Assembly: GCF_001194135.2 (NCBI RefSeq)
Contig: NC_068984.1
Span: 86,979,241-87,043,240 of the forward strand
Direction: 5' to 3'
Origin: Octopus bimaculoides
Lineage: Eukaryota
Length of the DNA stretch: 64,000 nucleotides
This document shows, piece by piece, positions 1 to 15,098 of the stretch. Made by a program: the position numbers and the translations under genes. The notes under the pieces were generated by a model, which saw only the letters and a list, made by a program, of their open reading frames with translations, was not told the DNA's origin and searched no databases. Positions within the stretch are counted from its first letter, which is position 1; every line of letters begins with the position of its first letter.

Positions 1-12
1 TAATAATAATAA

Positions 13-438
13 TTCCTTCTACTAAAGGCACAAGGCCTGAAATTTTAGAGGAGAGGACAAGTTGATTACTTTGACCCCAGTGTTTCTCTGGTACTTAATT
101 TATCAACACCAAAAAGATAGAAAGGCAAAGTCAACCTCGGTGGAATTTGAACTCAGAATATAAAAACGGATGAAATACTGCAAAACATTTCATCCTGTGT
201 GCTAACGATTCTGCCAGCTCACACCACCCTAATAATAACAATAATAATAATGGTTTCAAATTTTACCACAAGGGCAGCAATTTTGGGAGTGGGGATGAGT
301 TAATTATATCGACCCCAGTTTTCAACTGGTACTTATTTTTATCAACCCTCAGTGAAATTTGAACTCAGAATGGAGCGACAGGTGGAATACCACTAAGCAT
401 TTTGTCCAGTGTGCTAACAATACTGCCAGCTCACCACC
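13..438 (-). mobile_element. Two head-to-tail copies of an (ATT)n-tailed tRNA-derived SINE (family A)
   Basis: Two homologous ~200-bp units separated and flanked by (AAT)n; A/B-box-like head GAGCTGGCAG...GAGTTCAAATT on the minus strand. Confidence 0.8.
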
Positions 439-1121
439 CTAATGATAATGATAATAATAATAATAATAATAATGATAATAATAATAATTTCTAACAACAA
501 ACAAAGTATGTAGGAGGAGGAGGAGGATACAGGCTTTTTGAGTATTAGTACATGACTAGTGTATATTTTGAGAAAAAGCATGTGGAATCTAAATACTCAA
601 AACAGAATGACGAAACTAAATATCATGAGGTTTAGGAAATCTATGTAAAAGCCACCTGCAGTGAAACATCACGCTAGTTGTATTGATGTTTAGCCTCAGG
701 TAAATCCTGATAGAGCAGATCTATAATTATTCCAGCTATGGCCATCTGGAAGTATAATGAACCCAGGATCATATCATTTGATGTGTCCTTTTCTGAAACA
801 GTAGGATGTGACTTGAAGGAGAATTGGCTGTTATTTCTAACTAAAGGAAAGTAAAAATAACTGCTGTAATAACTTGGTTAAGGAATAAAAAAAAAATGAA
901 ATAATTATTTTGAATTCGAACTATTAAAACTAAATTATGTATTTTGTATTCCATAAATTTAGTATCCATTCATTAAATAGAATTTGAAGTTTTATGCTAT
1001 TTTCTAACAAAGGAAATAAAATGTATTTAGATATCTAACTTAAAATATCTAAATCACTTACCAAGTTTTCCTATTTTGCTAATCACAATATGCAGAACGA
1101 AAGTGGTTATGATATCACATG

Positions 1122-1335
1122 TCATGTAAACATACTGGCAAATGGTTGTGATTCGTGAGGTAATGCCAACCGACGTGGATAGAAAGTATGGTCAACTGAA
1201 TAGCGAAGTAAGTTGGTCAAATTAGACATGTATAAATCAGCAAAACGAGAGAGCCGCCGAGAAAAATACGTAGGATTGTGATGAGTACGGAACACGCTTC
1301 CAAAATGTGGGTTGAAAATCTCTTTGGCATATGCC
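1122..1335 (-). CDS. NT5DC3: NT5DC exon 16, terminal ([17 protein letters not shown]...[22 protein letters not shown])
   Basis: CATAG acceptor; TGA at 1124-1122; highly conserved family C-terminus. Confidence 0.95.
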
Positions 1336-1646
1336 CTATGGTAGAATAGAAAAATAAAAATATTAGTTTAATTATATGTAATGAAAACTGAATCACAAAA
1401 TCCAAATTCTATGTTTGTTTACAATTTTTAGTAATTTTTCTATATTAGCCTATATCTCTTATCTTTTACTTGTTTTAGTGACTGGACTGCAGTCACCTGG
1501 GGTGATACCTTGAAGGATTTAATCAAACAAATCGAAACTCCAGTTCTTGTTTTTTAAGCCTGGTACTTATTCTGCTGAACTGCAAAATTATGACGATGTA
1601 AACAAACCAACACTGGTTGTCAAGTAGTGATGGAGTACACACACAA

Positions 1647-1689
<43 letters not shown>

Positions 1690-2017
1690 CAGCTCTCTCT
1701 CTCATATATATACATGGTCCCTGTGCTGGTGGCACATAAAAAGCACCATTTGAACGTGGTCAATGCCAGCACCGCCTGGACTGGCTCCTGTGCCGGTGGC
1801 ATGTAAAAAGCACCATCTGATTGTGGTCAAAGCCAGCCCTCTCTGGCCCATGCCAGTGGTATGTAAAAAAAAAGTACCCACTACACTTCCGGAGTGGTTG
1901 GCGTCAGAAAGGGTATCCAGCTGTAGAAACACTGCCAGATCAGATTGGAGCCTGGTGCAGCCTCCTGGCTTCCCAGACCCCCGTCTAACCCATGCCAGCA
2001 TGGAAACGACGATGATG

Positions 2018-2071
<54 letters not shown>

Positions 2072-5000
2072 ATAATTCAATTAGGCAGCTGTTTAGCAAT
2101 GTATCACCAAAAAGGAAAACTATAATTGTCATTAAGAGGCGTTAGAATACCTACAATGCTACAAATAAGACTTAAAAAGTGCTCTAATGCAGCAGTCAAC
2201 GGAAGAAAGTGGCGGTTGGGATGCCCCCGTATCATTGATGGTTTTGTCAGTAAATCATAAATTTGAAAGAGAAGTTATAGAGCAATAGAGTAATTACAGA
2301 AACATAGTTATGACCACCATCAACTCACAAAACTTTGGTTAGTCCAGGACAGTAGTAAAAAACACTTGTCCAAGGTGCTACAGTGGAATTGAACAAAAGA
2401 CCACATGGTTGGGAAGAAAACTGCTTAACCACATGCCACACAACATATATATAATGACAAGTAGAGATGATCATGAATTCACAAACTAAATGAAAGAAAA
2501 AAAATCTTTGGAACTAAAATACTTTCACTAATTTCACTAATGAGCTTGAGAAATTCATGGCCATCTCACCATCTTATTATTACACTATATACAGGCATTT
2601 TCTTTGGATCATTTTAGAGTTTTGTTTTTAAAGAGTGGGGTTCATGACCATAAACATTTCTGATACATAACTTAGAAACAAAAATCTGGCATCATCATCA
2701 TCATCGTTTAATGTCCATTGTCCATTCTGGCATGAGTTAAGAAGATATAGAATGAAGTGGTAAAGACTGATCTCAAGAAGCTGAATCTCATGAAAGAGAT
2801 CACAAAGAACTATAACAAGAGGTGACATGCAATGCTGGAAAAGACCTTGCCACACATGCAAGCATGGCAAAACTGATGCTAAAATGGAGGTGATGGTCAT
2901 GTCCGATAAGTTTACTGTCATTAATCACTGCAGGAAAAGTTCACCATCATCAGTTTGCCATTATCAATTCACCATTTTTGTTTTGCAATAAAATAGTTTT
3001 TACTATTAATGGTGAGATACTAGGGATATATTTTTTTGGTAAACTTTCCTCACAGTAATTGATGGCAGTGAACATACCTGTAATTGGTGGTGGTGATGGT
3101 GAGGGAAGTTGGGATGTATAATATATCTACATTTGAATCTCTTGCCCATTATGTACCTGTTAAGTCTTCATCTGTTCCTCACCTCCACTCTCACCCTCAT
3201 GTCTATCACAATATTTTCTCCTATTCGCTGCACTGTGCCTTCTGCATTATAAGGGATAGAGTTGGATTTGTCCATATTCAATTCACCTCCTCATCATCAC
3301 CCTTTATCATACTACTTCTATCTCAACACACCTATTAATCAGACCTGTTTGTATTTGACACCCACCACTGTCACCCTTCTTTACTGGTAACTATCACACT
3401 CTGTACCTCATGTCACTCATTACCTGCTTACATCTCTCTTTCTCTCTCTCTCTTACCCCTTCTGCTGCTATCCATTTCTCACTCTATCTGTTACACCTCC
3501 AACTCATCATTCTCTTCCTCTCACTTTCCCTGCATATTACTCTGTCTTCCACCACCCTATCTTCTTCCAGTCTCTACCTCTTCCTCCATCACATGCCACT
3601 CATGCTGTATTTCTATTCACTCTCCTTATAAACAGCCATGTCTTTCTTCCATTACTTACTCTCTTATTTCTTTATTGCCTACAAGGGGCTAAACATAGAG
3701 GGGACAAACAAGGACAGACAAAGGGATTAAGTCGATTACATCGACCCAGTGTGTAACTGGTACTAAATTTATTGACCCCGAAAAGATGAAAGGTAAAGTC
3801 GACCTCTGCAGAATTTGAACTCAGAACATAGCAGCAGACAAAATGCTGCTAAGCATTTCGCCCGGTGTGCTACGTTTCTGCCAGTTCACCGCCTTACTCT
3901 CTTACCACACTCTATTATCTTTCCCTTTTTCTCATTGTATTTATACTCACTCGCTAACTTCTTTCACCCTATTGGTCATGTTTGCATTGAACAAATGAAG
4001 ACAACATAGAACAGAGGGGAAAGCAACCTTTCTGAAGCTGGTGGTATGAAAAAATGTACTCAATACACTCTATAAAATGGTTAGTAAATAAATGGTGGCA
4101 ACATTGCATCAAGAGGACTCTTTTCTTGTCTTGTCAAGGATATGACAACCTCCCTAGTGTTGGTGCCATGCTAAAATGCATCCAGTACATTCTGGCTGAC
4201 ATCAAAAAGGGCCTCTAGCCTTAGTATTCAATGCCAAAAATGGAACACATTATTGGGATGCAGATAGTTTCTCCAAATAAAAACTGACTAAACCTTGACT
4301 TGTCCAGGCCCATGCGAACATGAAAAGTAGATATAAAAGGATGATGATGATTAAAAAGTGTTACTGTTGAATGCAAACTTAAGTCTTAGCATTGACCTTA
4401 CCTCACTAAGTCTCTTTCATGAAGCCATTCTTTTAGAATTTCCGTGTCTTCAAGAGCAGTAGTATCCTGAAAATAACAACAAATGATAACTTCATACAGG
4501 TGTGTGTTCCTCTTTTTAGTTTCAGTTTGAAATTTCTATATATATTTTTTTCCATTTATTACATTACCAATGTACTATGGTGCCTGAGTATAAACATAGA
4601 TTAAATCAATACTAAATTTACTGTACTTGGAGCTACTAGTGCAATAGGTACTAAAATCTAAATTTTCAAAATAAATCATCAAAAAAACATATAATTCTGA
4701 AGAATCTCCTTTAGCATTATGTAAATGAACCAACCTGGCAATATTCTATCATTTGCTGCAGAACCATGCCCCACCTGACCGCTACTTTGTAGTCTGTGGC
4801 ATTGATTTTATCTATTTCATTCTGAGAAGTGAAAATAAGAAACAAAAAATAAGTACATTTCATGTTTGGCAAACTTAAATATAATGATAAACATTTACAA
4901 TAAATAACAGGAATTTGAATATGGGGGGAGATTATTTGGGTTAAAAAAAAAAAGCATCTAGTACACTGTGAAGCAGTTGGCATTAGGAAATGCATCTAGC

Positions 5001-5629
5001 TGTAGAAATCATGCCAAACAGATATTGGAAATTTTCTCAGCCCTCTGGCTTGTCAGTTCATCTCAAATCATCCAACACATGCCAGTATGGAAAAAGGTAT
5101 TTTAAATGAGGATGATGATAATGGTGGTGGTGGTGATGATGATGGTGGTGGTGATGATGATGCTTGGAAAGAGTTTGATTTAGACATTAGTATGTATAAT
5201 GGTCAATGGAAAAAAAAAACACTTTTTAGCATTGTTGTTGTAATGATTGTTATGTCTTCCCAGGACAACTTTTATTGAGCACTCCGACAGTACACAGTTA
5301 ATTGACCAAACAATTAGGCATGATCCATAGATCTGTCAAGGTATGGAATTAACTATCCACATTGATTGCTAGCTGTCAGGACACTGCATCCTTCAAAAAT
5401 TCCATGCTTCCTAAAATTCATTTACACAATTCCTCACATGTCTACGCGTCCATTTCTCTTTATTGCTCTTTTACTGTTCACTTTTCTGTCTTTTTGTGTT
5501 TTATTTTGTATACTGTGAATGCACATCTGGTATTTATTGCTGTCTTTCTTTGACTTACTGTTGCTTTCTGTGCTCTCTTTTACTCTTTTCCAATGAGTTG
5601 TGGTGCACCTGAGCACTACATGCCAAAAG

Positions 5630-5679
<50 letters not shown>

Positions 5680-6276
5680 GGTGGTGAGCTGGCTAAATCA
5701 TTTGCATGCCAGACAAAATGCTTAGTGGTATTTCACCTGTCACTGCATTCTGAGTTCAAATTCCACTGAGGTCAACTTTGCCTTTCATACTTTCAGGGTC
5801 AATAAATTAAGTACCAGTGAAACACTGGAGGTCAACNNNNNNNNNNNNNNNNNNNNNNNNNNNNNNNNNNNNNNNNNNNNNNNNNNNNNNNNNNNNNNNN
5901 NNNNNNNNNNNNNNNNNNNNNNNNNNNNNNNNNNNNNNNNNNNNNNNNNNNNNNNNNNNNNNNNNNNNNNNNNNNNNNNNNNNNNNNNNNNNNNNNNNNN
6001 NNNNNNNNNNNNNNNNNNNNNNNNNNNNNNNNNNNAGAAAGGATCATTAATATTATTATCATTAAGGCAGTGAGCTGGCAGAACTGTTAGCACGCTGGGT
6101 AAAATGCTTAGTGGTATTTTGTCCATCTTTATGTTCTGAGTGCAAATCCCACCAAGGTTGACTTTGCCTTTCATCCTTTCGGGGTCAATAAATTAAGTAC
6201 CAGTGAAACACTGGGGAAGATGTCATTGACTAGTCCTATCCCCAAAAATTTCAGGCCTTGTGCCTTTACAGAAAGG

Positions 6277-6314
<38 letters not shown>

Positions 6315-9300
6315 GGTGGCAGAATTGTTAGCATGTTGGGAAAAATGCTTTGCAGCATTTCTTCCATCTTTAAATTCTGAGTTCAAATTCCATTGAGGTT
6401 GACTTTGCCTTCCGTTCTTTTGGGGTTGATGAAATAAGCACCTGTCAAATACTGGGGTTGATGTAATCAACTATCCCTCTTTCCTAAAATTTCAGGCTGT
6501 GTGCCTATAATAGAAAGGATTCTTATTATTATTACTATCATTAGGAAAGAAAGGATCTTTGGACGCTGGGCCTCACTGAAGAATGACAAGGGACCAGGAG
6601 ATGTGATAATTTGCTGTACTTGATAAGACAGTAAAATCACTGTCTTCCACACGTATAGGCTTGTCTTTTCAGGTGCTGGTGCCACATAAAATGCACCTGT
6701 GCCAGTGCTGCATAAATACACCTGTGCTGGTGGCACATAAAGAGCACCCAGCACACTCTCTTAAGTGTTTGGCATTAGGAAGGACATCCAGCTGTAGAAA
6801 CCATGCCACAACAGACAATTGGTGTCTAGGCACCTTCCAGCTGCCTAGCTCCATGTCAAACTGTTCAACCCATGCCAGCATGGAAATGGAAGATTATTAT
6901 TATTATTACTACTACTACTACTACAGGTACTGAACCTCTTATCTGGCAACCTTGGGACCGGAGGTGGTCTAGATTTCTGGACACAGGCTAAATATATACT
7001 GAAAATATAAAATAAACAACGAAAAGTAAAGAACAAAATTGTATAACATATACAAATTAATACACAGAAGCAGTCACACAGGAACTGGCATTGTGTGGCA
7101 CATACGCCACAGAAACCAAAACAAAATGGCCATGTGGCGAACTACAACAGCCCACGAAATTCAAAGCTTGCCAGTTTCAAAAATAGTCAGATTTCTGGAT
7201 TCCAAATTAGAAGTTCAGTACCTGTGTTATTATTATTATTCCATCTTACCACCTAGCTGAGAAGAACACTGCACTCTGACATGCATATTATCAATCAGAT
7301 GGAATTTACTGTAATAGTCTGGACATGCTCTATTCTCTCCACTGTCCAGTGTGTTTCTGTTTTATTGTTGTTTAGCCCATTGCCAGCTCTAGTCATTCAG
7401 AATTATGATCAAAGCATCCCAGCCAAGGTCATCCCTTCTTATTTAAAAAAAAAGGGATCCAAGACTACACTACCTAATGTGTCCTGCCTTTCTTAAGACG
7501 GCAGGATTTGATTTGAAAGAGATTTGGCTGCTGTGTTTAGGTGGAGAAACCACATACACTCCCTCAATGACTTGTCTATATACTTGTTGTTGTTGTTTAA
7601 CCCCAGATCAGCTTGAGCAGACCTGTAATCAAAAGCATTGCAGCCATAACCATCCAGTTTTATTTTTTTATTTCAGGCATAGTATATCTAGGACCATATT
7701 AATCAATGTGATCTTCTCTTTTTTTTTTTTTTTTTTTGAGCTAGTGATGTGTAATATGAAGGATATTTGGCTGCTATCTTTATGAAGGACATGTTATCTC
7801 TTTGAAGGGTTTTTGGCAGTCAAGCAACCATATAGAAGTTTACTCATATGCCTGCAGATTCTGGTGCTGGCTCTGGCAAAGTCAAGCAAAGTGGAATTAG
7901 TCAGAACATAACTATTGCTATTCATCCCAGCAAAATGTTTATGATTAATGGTGCTGCAGTTATTACTGGGCCTACATGAGCTGTTTGTTTTTATGCTTTT
8001 ATGTTTGGGCTGAGTGGAAAAGATTAAGTTTTTAAGTAAGGTTATGAGTTGATTTAATTTCCAAAAACCTAAAATGATTTAGGTCAGTTTGTAAGTAACA
8101 ATAACATGAAGTCAACAACAAGTACTAATGTATGCAGTAGTCAGAGCCAGATTTAGACTTAGTGAGCTCAGTCCATGAGTTGAAAAATGGTAAAAGATAT
8201 ATGCCTTTTAAATATTTTTAGACCCCTGTGGATTGTGAGGTACTAAATTTTAGACCTAGTAAGCTTGGTCCCCTAATTGAAAAATGGTAAAAGATATATG
8301 CCTTTAAAAATATTTTGAGACCTCTGTGGATTGTGAGGTCCAAAACTTTAGACCTAGTGAGCTCGATCCCCTAGTTGGAAAATGGTAATGGATGTACGCC
8401 TTTTAAATATTTTGAGACCCCTGTGGATTGTGAGGTCCTAAACTGTAATTTGTTTAGTTTATGTCTAGATCTGGCACTGATAGTAATAAATTTTCTGCAT
8501 AGGTTGGAAAATCATAAATATAAGTCAGTTTTAGTAATAATTACATGAAGTTAAAACCAAGAATTAATACATGTAGTAGTAAACATTCTATATAGTTTTT
8601 AAAAGATAACATAATCTTTGAGATCTGACTGCAGTTGCCCTCACTTATTTTTTAGGTTTTTAGGCCATGCTATAAGCAGTTAATTACTCAGAATAAGTAA
8701 CAATTAATATTCTTTTTATATATTTCCAGTCTCTAAATAAGGTAATATTAATTAAAGAAGACTACAGTATTTACCGCATTTCTTGGCATCAAGGACGCTC
8801 TGACCATAAAGATTTTGGCTTGAGCATTTGGAAAACAAATAAACAAAAAAATCAGGGTTTTAATGCTTTTACATACTTCACCAAGATATTTTGTTAGTGG
8901 TTTAGTCATCTGTTGATGACTTATAGTTAACGTTTTTTCTTTTACTTTTAAAATACAGACACACAAGCTTAGCATAGTCAACTCTCTTTTGGTGACAAAA
9001 TGACTTATGAAAAATGTAGTCTTCATTCTTTAGAATGTACAGTAAATTTTCTTGACATATTTTGGGGAGGAAACAAACATCCTCAATGGTGAGAAATAGG
9101 ACTCGTGCATATTGAGAAAAACTTAATTCAAAACATCAGGGTCAAAATAGAAGAAGCTTTATAATCAAGTGTAATTAAAAATAAGAGGATAAAGTATATT
9201 ACTGATTTTTAAGTACAAAAGGTGTAGTCATATTACATTTGAAATCGCATTATATCTGAGTAAATACTGTAGGTGTAAAAATAACAGTAAAATACAAGTT

Positions 9301-12300
9301 TAATTATGTGGGGTGTCAAAGTGCCAATCACAGTCATCATCACCATTGCTGGATTTGTTTTTATACTTTCAGGGTATTTATGATTCTATTGTACAGTATA
9401 TGACCATTCATCTAGATCCATTATGTTCTCTTGGAGGAAGGAGAACATGTTCAGATTTGACCTGACAATTTTCCTGCTTGTTTTCTCAATCTTCCTTCAT
9501 TAGTAAACATAACAAGCCAATGAGGAAGTAGCTATGTGGTCATTAGAATTGCTAGATATAGTAGCAAAATCTCTCATAAATCACAATCTACCATCTTAAA
9601 GAGTGGAAATATTGAATGAAATGCTAGATACATCGTGTCTGAGAATAAACGAGGATGGTCATGGCTAGAATGCTTTTGGTTGTAACTAAGTTTGTTCAGG
9701 GCTGTGGATTTGAACCCCCTATCAAACAAATGATTTTATCTGCTCTAGTGTGCAGAATAAATATCAGCTAATCACAGTAATGCAGAAATGTAAACATCTG
9801 AAATAATAATTCCAAATTTATTAAACAGTCAGAGATGACCCCATAATGAGATTAGCCAGTTCTTTACCTGATGTTTAAATGAATATGAAAATAATTTTAT
9901 AGTTTAATGTAATTTTAAATAAATATTTGATACATTTTAAGATATAATTCCAATAATAGTTCTATCACCAATTTCAATAAAATCAATTAAAGCCTTAGTT
10001 TAAGATGCTGAGTAATTGCGTTTACCACATACCTCAAGTTCAGGAATGATAGCTCCAGTTCTCCAGCCATGCCTCAGGGCAACATCCTATAATAAGAAAA
10101 ATAACCATGATAAATAAATTTCTATATCAAGGAATTATTTCAACATGTAGGCATCCCCTGCATTACAGAAGTGGTGCATTTGCAAACATTTTGCTGTAAT
10201 ATGAATTATGTAATGCAAAATGTATTTTCCCATTTAGCATGAAAAAGATTGTGTACTATAATACTCTATGTGACAGCAAGATTTTCAGGAGATTCTATAA
10301 TGCGGAGGAGGCTATTTACAAAATACTAGGTAACATAAACATACTAAGGTGAAGGTAAATATTGACTTTATGAAGATGCTTGAATTTCCACTTCTGTGAC
10401 CAAAAGCTTGAATACATTGTATGGGGAGAGGCATAGTCAGAAGTTTGCTTTACATCTAGGTATATTACCCTCTATAGATCAAACCAAACCTTGTAAGTAA
10501 CAGTGGGTAGACAGAAACTGTACAAGGCATTGGATGAACTTGCAGCGGGATGTGTAACAAAAGATGTTGTTGAGGTAGCAGATGAAATAGACAAGTAGAT
10601 GACATCAAAGTAAAACAATGGTAAAGCATTGATTGTGGTTTAAATAATTTATTTAATTAACACTTGCATTTATGTGTTGTATACACCAGAAAATCTGCTA
10701 CATGACATTACCCACTACATTACATTACCAACTTGCTTCGAGTCGACGAAGTAAAAAATAAACAGGGGAAAGACTGTGTCGATGTGATGAGGTAGAACTG
10801 GGCTTGTTTTGTGTCTGTGTATGCATTGGTCATTCGGTCGTGTCTGTTTATGTTCTGCGACTGCTACTGTGTTGGTTGTCCATGCTGAATATGTGGTTCT
10901 ATGATGGCTGCTTGACTGGCACAAGTTAATTGCTGGCTGTCTGCTTTGACCGTTTGCCCGTTGATGGCTATCTGCCTGTCTGTCGTGTGTCTGACTGTAT
11001 TTATAATGGTCATGACAGCTAGAAGGACAGACATACCACAGGAGTAATTTCTACCTATGTAGGCTGCCTCCTGTCCACTTGAACTTTAAATGACACAGCT
11101 CAGGTCAGAGGTTGAAGTGAAATCCATCCATCACTTTTTGACAGGACAAAGAAATTTCTTTCACGCCTGTTTGGCCAGTGGTGGATGGTTTCAAATTTCA
11201 GCTCAGAAAAAGGAAGTGTTAGTTTTTACAAACTGGTTAAAAAGATATATTTAGTGACAGAGGCAGTATCAATACTGAGAGGTAATATTTATCCCCACTT
11301 AAACATTGATGTTCTGTTAGCTTGTTCATCCACATCTAATAGGATGAATTATCCCTGCAAGTTTGTTCTTGGGTAGTAAGCTTAATCCATCCCCCAGTTT
11401 AACATCACCATCTAACTCTCGAGTACCTTTAGCATTGTTCACTCTGTTGTAAGCATTCTGACCAAACTTCTGGTTTCTTCGCTGCTTTGTCCCACCAGTC
11501 TTGGGGACTTTGTAAAAAGTTTTATGGCTGTTGCCATTCCTTTTGTGACAATAAACAATAATATTCTTTTTCCTTTTTTTTTTTTGAAGTTTTAAAACTA
11601 GAGTTAAATACCAATTTTTCTTATTAGGGAGAAAATAACAATTAAAAATGATAAACCTAAATAAAATTCTCGTTGAGTACACCATTGTTTATATCAAATA
11701 TAAGTTTAATATAATTTTTCTTACATTTGTGAGTGTAAAGAAAGACAGTGGACAGATGCCCATGCATTATGGGGCCCAAACTGGAAGGATAGGATGTTTG
11801 GTGAAACTAGTTTATTTCCATTTAATTAGGAATCATGGAATAAAGCTACAAGAAGGAAAGTTTAGATAAAGTTATTGTTTCTTCCTTAGGAACTATGATC
11901 AAAGATGCTGCAGCCATGATCATTTTCAAATGTTTTTCAGCTATGACTACATTATTTGATGTCTCTTAAGCAACCACACAGCAGCTCCCTTCTTTGTATA
12001 TTGAATAAAGTGTTTTGTACAAGTTTCTTGTTTAAAAAGAAAAAAATTCAGTTTAGTTGATGGAAGGAAGTAAAAGAAAAAGACTGACTTACTGCTAGGT
12101 CACTGTAAACATGATCACCAAAATAAAACACCTTTGAACCAAACCATCCTGTCATCTGTCGCAAAAGTGAAAAATTGCCCTAGAAATAAAAATATGATTA
12201 AAAATTAAACATTACATTTCTACACAGAATTTCAAAAATATTTTGTTACTGAAATTTCTTACTAAATTAGAATAATTACTTAAGAAGTAATAATAATGGA

Positions 12301-15066
12301 AGAATTGCATTTTTTTTCACTCATTATGTAAAACAAGTTAAATATTTCTTCCCTAACGTCTCACTTAAATAACAGACTAGAAATGTTTTGTGAGTTGCAG
12401 TTGTTTAGATGTTGATAGTGGTTTGCTGTTGCTGTATCCATACAGTTTCAGACACATTTGTCTCTATAGACCTAATTCCATCTAAAATACTCATTCATTC
12501 ATATTAACCTCACCATATACAATTTTCTCATCATTTATCTTCTCATGAGGAAACGCAATGGCTTCTCAGTTATTTCTTAAATTGCTATCTACAATACAAT
12601 TCCACATTGCTTATTTTATGACACTTCAGTTTCTTCAGAGGATTTACTTGGAGGTAGCTTGTAGTAAGTTACTAACTATATGAGTTTCCCAACACATTTC
12701 TCTCTGTTCATATATGTATCTTAAAGTGTAATGGCAAGGCTATCCACACTAAGCTATTTATTACAATCTTCCAAGTATACACATTTTATTAATCCTATTT
12801 CTGGATGATATATCTGTATTACAAAAACAGTGAGGTAACCTGTCAACAGATTATTCATTATAATTCTCAAAACTACTCTACTTCTTCAGTATGGTCAGCC
12901 CGCTTCACATAAACTCTTCTATGTTCTTATATCACTTCTACTTTTCCACTTCCCTTTTTCTTTTTACCAACATAACTACTGATTTGTTATTTAATTTAAA
13001 GTCAGCATTGAAATCACATTCAACCCATCTTGTTTTGGGGAAATAGTTTACCCAGACTGTGTATTTTTTTAAAGATAGCAGGATGTGTTTTGAGGGTTGC
13101 TATTTCTAGTAAGTTGAGTAACCACATACAGACTTCCTTGTTTGAGCTTCTGCGATGAGATAGACAGCATCTATCAGTTTCTATTTTGAAGTATCTTGAA
13201 CCATAGTAGAAGACTTAGAGTGTCATAGAAATTTAGATACTTGCAAGGAAGTTGGAGAACGTAATTTGTGTCAGGATGTGCTTGGTAATACTAAAACATT
13301 ATCACTGATAAGGGAAAGGTATTGAATGTTCAGATGTAGAGAATAAAATTCACAGGACCAATGCAATATGATACAATTCATTACCATACAACCACAAGAC
13401 TTATAATTAGATGTAATAGAAAAAGTAATTAGCTCTTTTAGAATCCTGAAATTAACAAAACTTGTCACTAGCTTCAGAATTTAAAAAGTCAATGATAGAT
13501 GAATTCTCCCAGGAACAGAACATTTGACTATGATGTTATTTTTCCGGAATGGACCTGAAACCTAATCTCCAGCTCAGTAAATGACATCAAGACTGTAAGA
13601 TGTAACCTCATGATTCAGCACCTAATTGTTTGATATCTTTAGTTATTTTGTCTTTCCTTAATAAATTACAGCTGAATTCAATATGATAAAATATAAAAAG
13701 GTATAATAAGTCCATGAAGGTGCATAGCACAGTGGGTTTGGGTGTTGGTGTAGGACTCATGATTGTTAAGTCATGAGTTCAATTCTTGGAATGTTCTTGA
13801 GCAAAGTACTTCATTTTGCGTTGCTCCAGTTCATTTAGCTGGGGGTTGAAGTGGGACTTGAACCTTGCAATAGACTGGTGTCTCATTTGGGGGTTGGGTG
13901 GGGGCAGTCTTGTACTCACAATTACTTAAACACTTTGTAAATTATGATAAGCTCCAGCCAAAAGGGTTTGTAGGTTCGAGACTGACTAACTTAATAGGAA
14001 AACCACTTCTCCCTCCTTGCCCATTATTTGAGCAACATCAAGGAGGAAGATGGTGAAAAACAGGATGCTGGCTGCATCTAAGGATTTTATTTGATTAAAA
14101 ATATAAATCAAAGACAGATAATTTAAGAATACAGAGCAGCAAATTAAGACCAGCATTATTAATTGGAGACAATTTTAACAGTTTTGCAATAAATTATTAT
14201 TATTTTTTTATAATACTGGTTTTAATGTGAGTTCAAATTCCACCGACGTCAACTTTGCCTTTCATCCTTTCGGAGTTGATAAATTAAGCACCAGTTACAT
14301 ACTGGAGTTGATCTAATCAACTGGGCCCCCTCCCACAAAATTTTGGGCTTTGTGCCTAGAGTAGAAAAGAATACTGGTTTTTATGAATCTCAGACACATA
14401 ATTTCAATATTTCAATCAAATAAATATTTAATAAAAAAAAATCCATGATAAAATCCTTCAAAATATTTTCTCAAATTTGTAGCTTACCTGCTGATACACC
14501 TTTCCTTTGTCAAGTCTATGCACACGGTCCCAAGACTGTGTCCCAGTGTGAGCATCATATATACGGAAAGGTCTACAAAGAGAAAAAGTATTTGCTTGAA
14601 TGGAAAATAAACCAATAAGCATGAGATGTATTTCTTTTAAATAGTAAATTAGAAGGTTAAGAGTAACATATATTATGTCTAGAAGTTAAATGGTGATGCA
14701 TATAAAGATGATGATTTACATTAGAGTTGGATCAACAACTCATTGATACAACATTCATTCTCTCAAGACCATGTAGATAGCAAGTAATTATTTACTTTGC
14801 ATTTCTAAGACTGAATCATGTGGTGGACAGCTTAGAAATAAATGCAGGCTACCATACTTGAAGTGGTGAGCAGTAATTAATTTTGAAGGTGATGGTGCCA
14901 CATAAAATGAACCCTATACACTTTGTAAAGTGGTTGGTGTTAGTAAGGGCATTGAGCCATAGAAACCAAGCCAAAACAGACTATGGGATCTGGTGTGGCC
15001 CCTGGCCTTGCCTGTTCCTGTCAAGCCATACAACCCATCCCAGCATGGAAAATGGACATTAAATGT

Positions 15067-15098
<32 letters not shown>

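Noticed and set aside
1523-2145. Small overlapping ORFs (MPPAQ..., MLAWV...) recurring here and at 6661-6933, 45966-46256 and 49486-49888
   Set aside because: Translations of the RTE-related SINE/3'-UTR repeat, not genes.
5637-6525. Repeat-spacer-like periodicity suggestive of CRISPR
   Set aside because: Units are ~200-bp SINEs separated by (ATT)n in a spliced eukaryotic gene; there are no unique spacers or cas genes.
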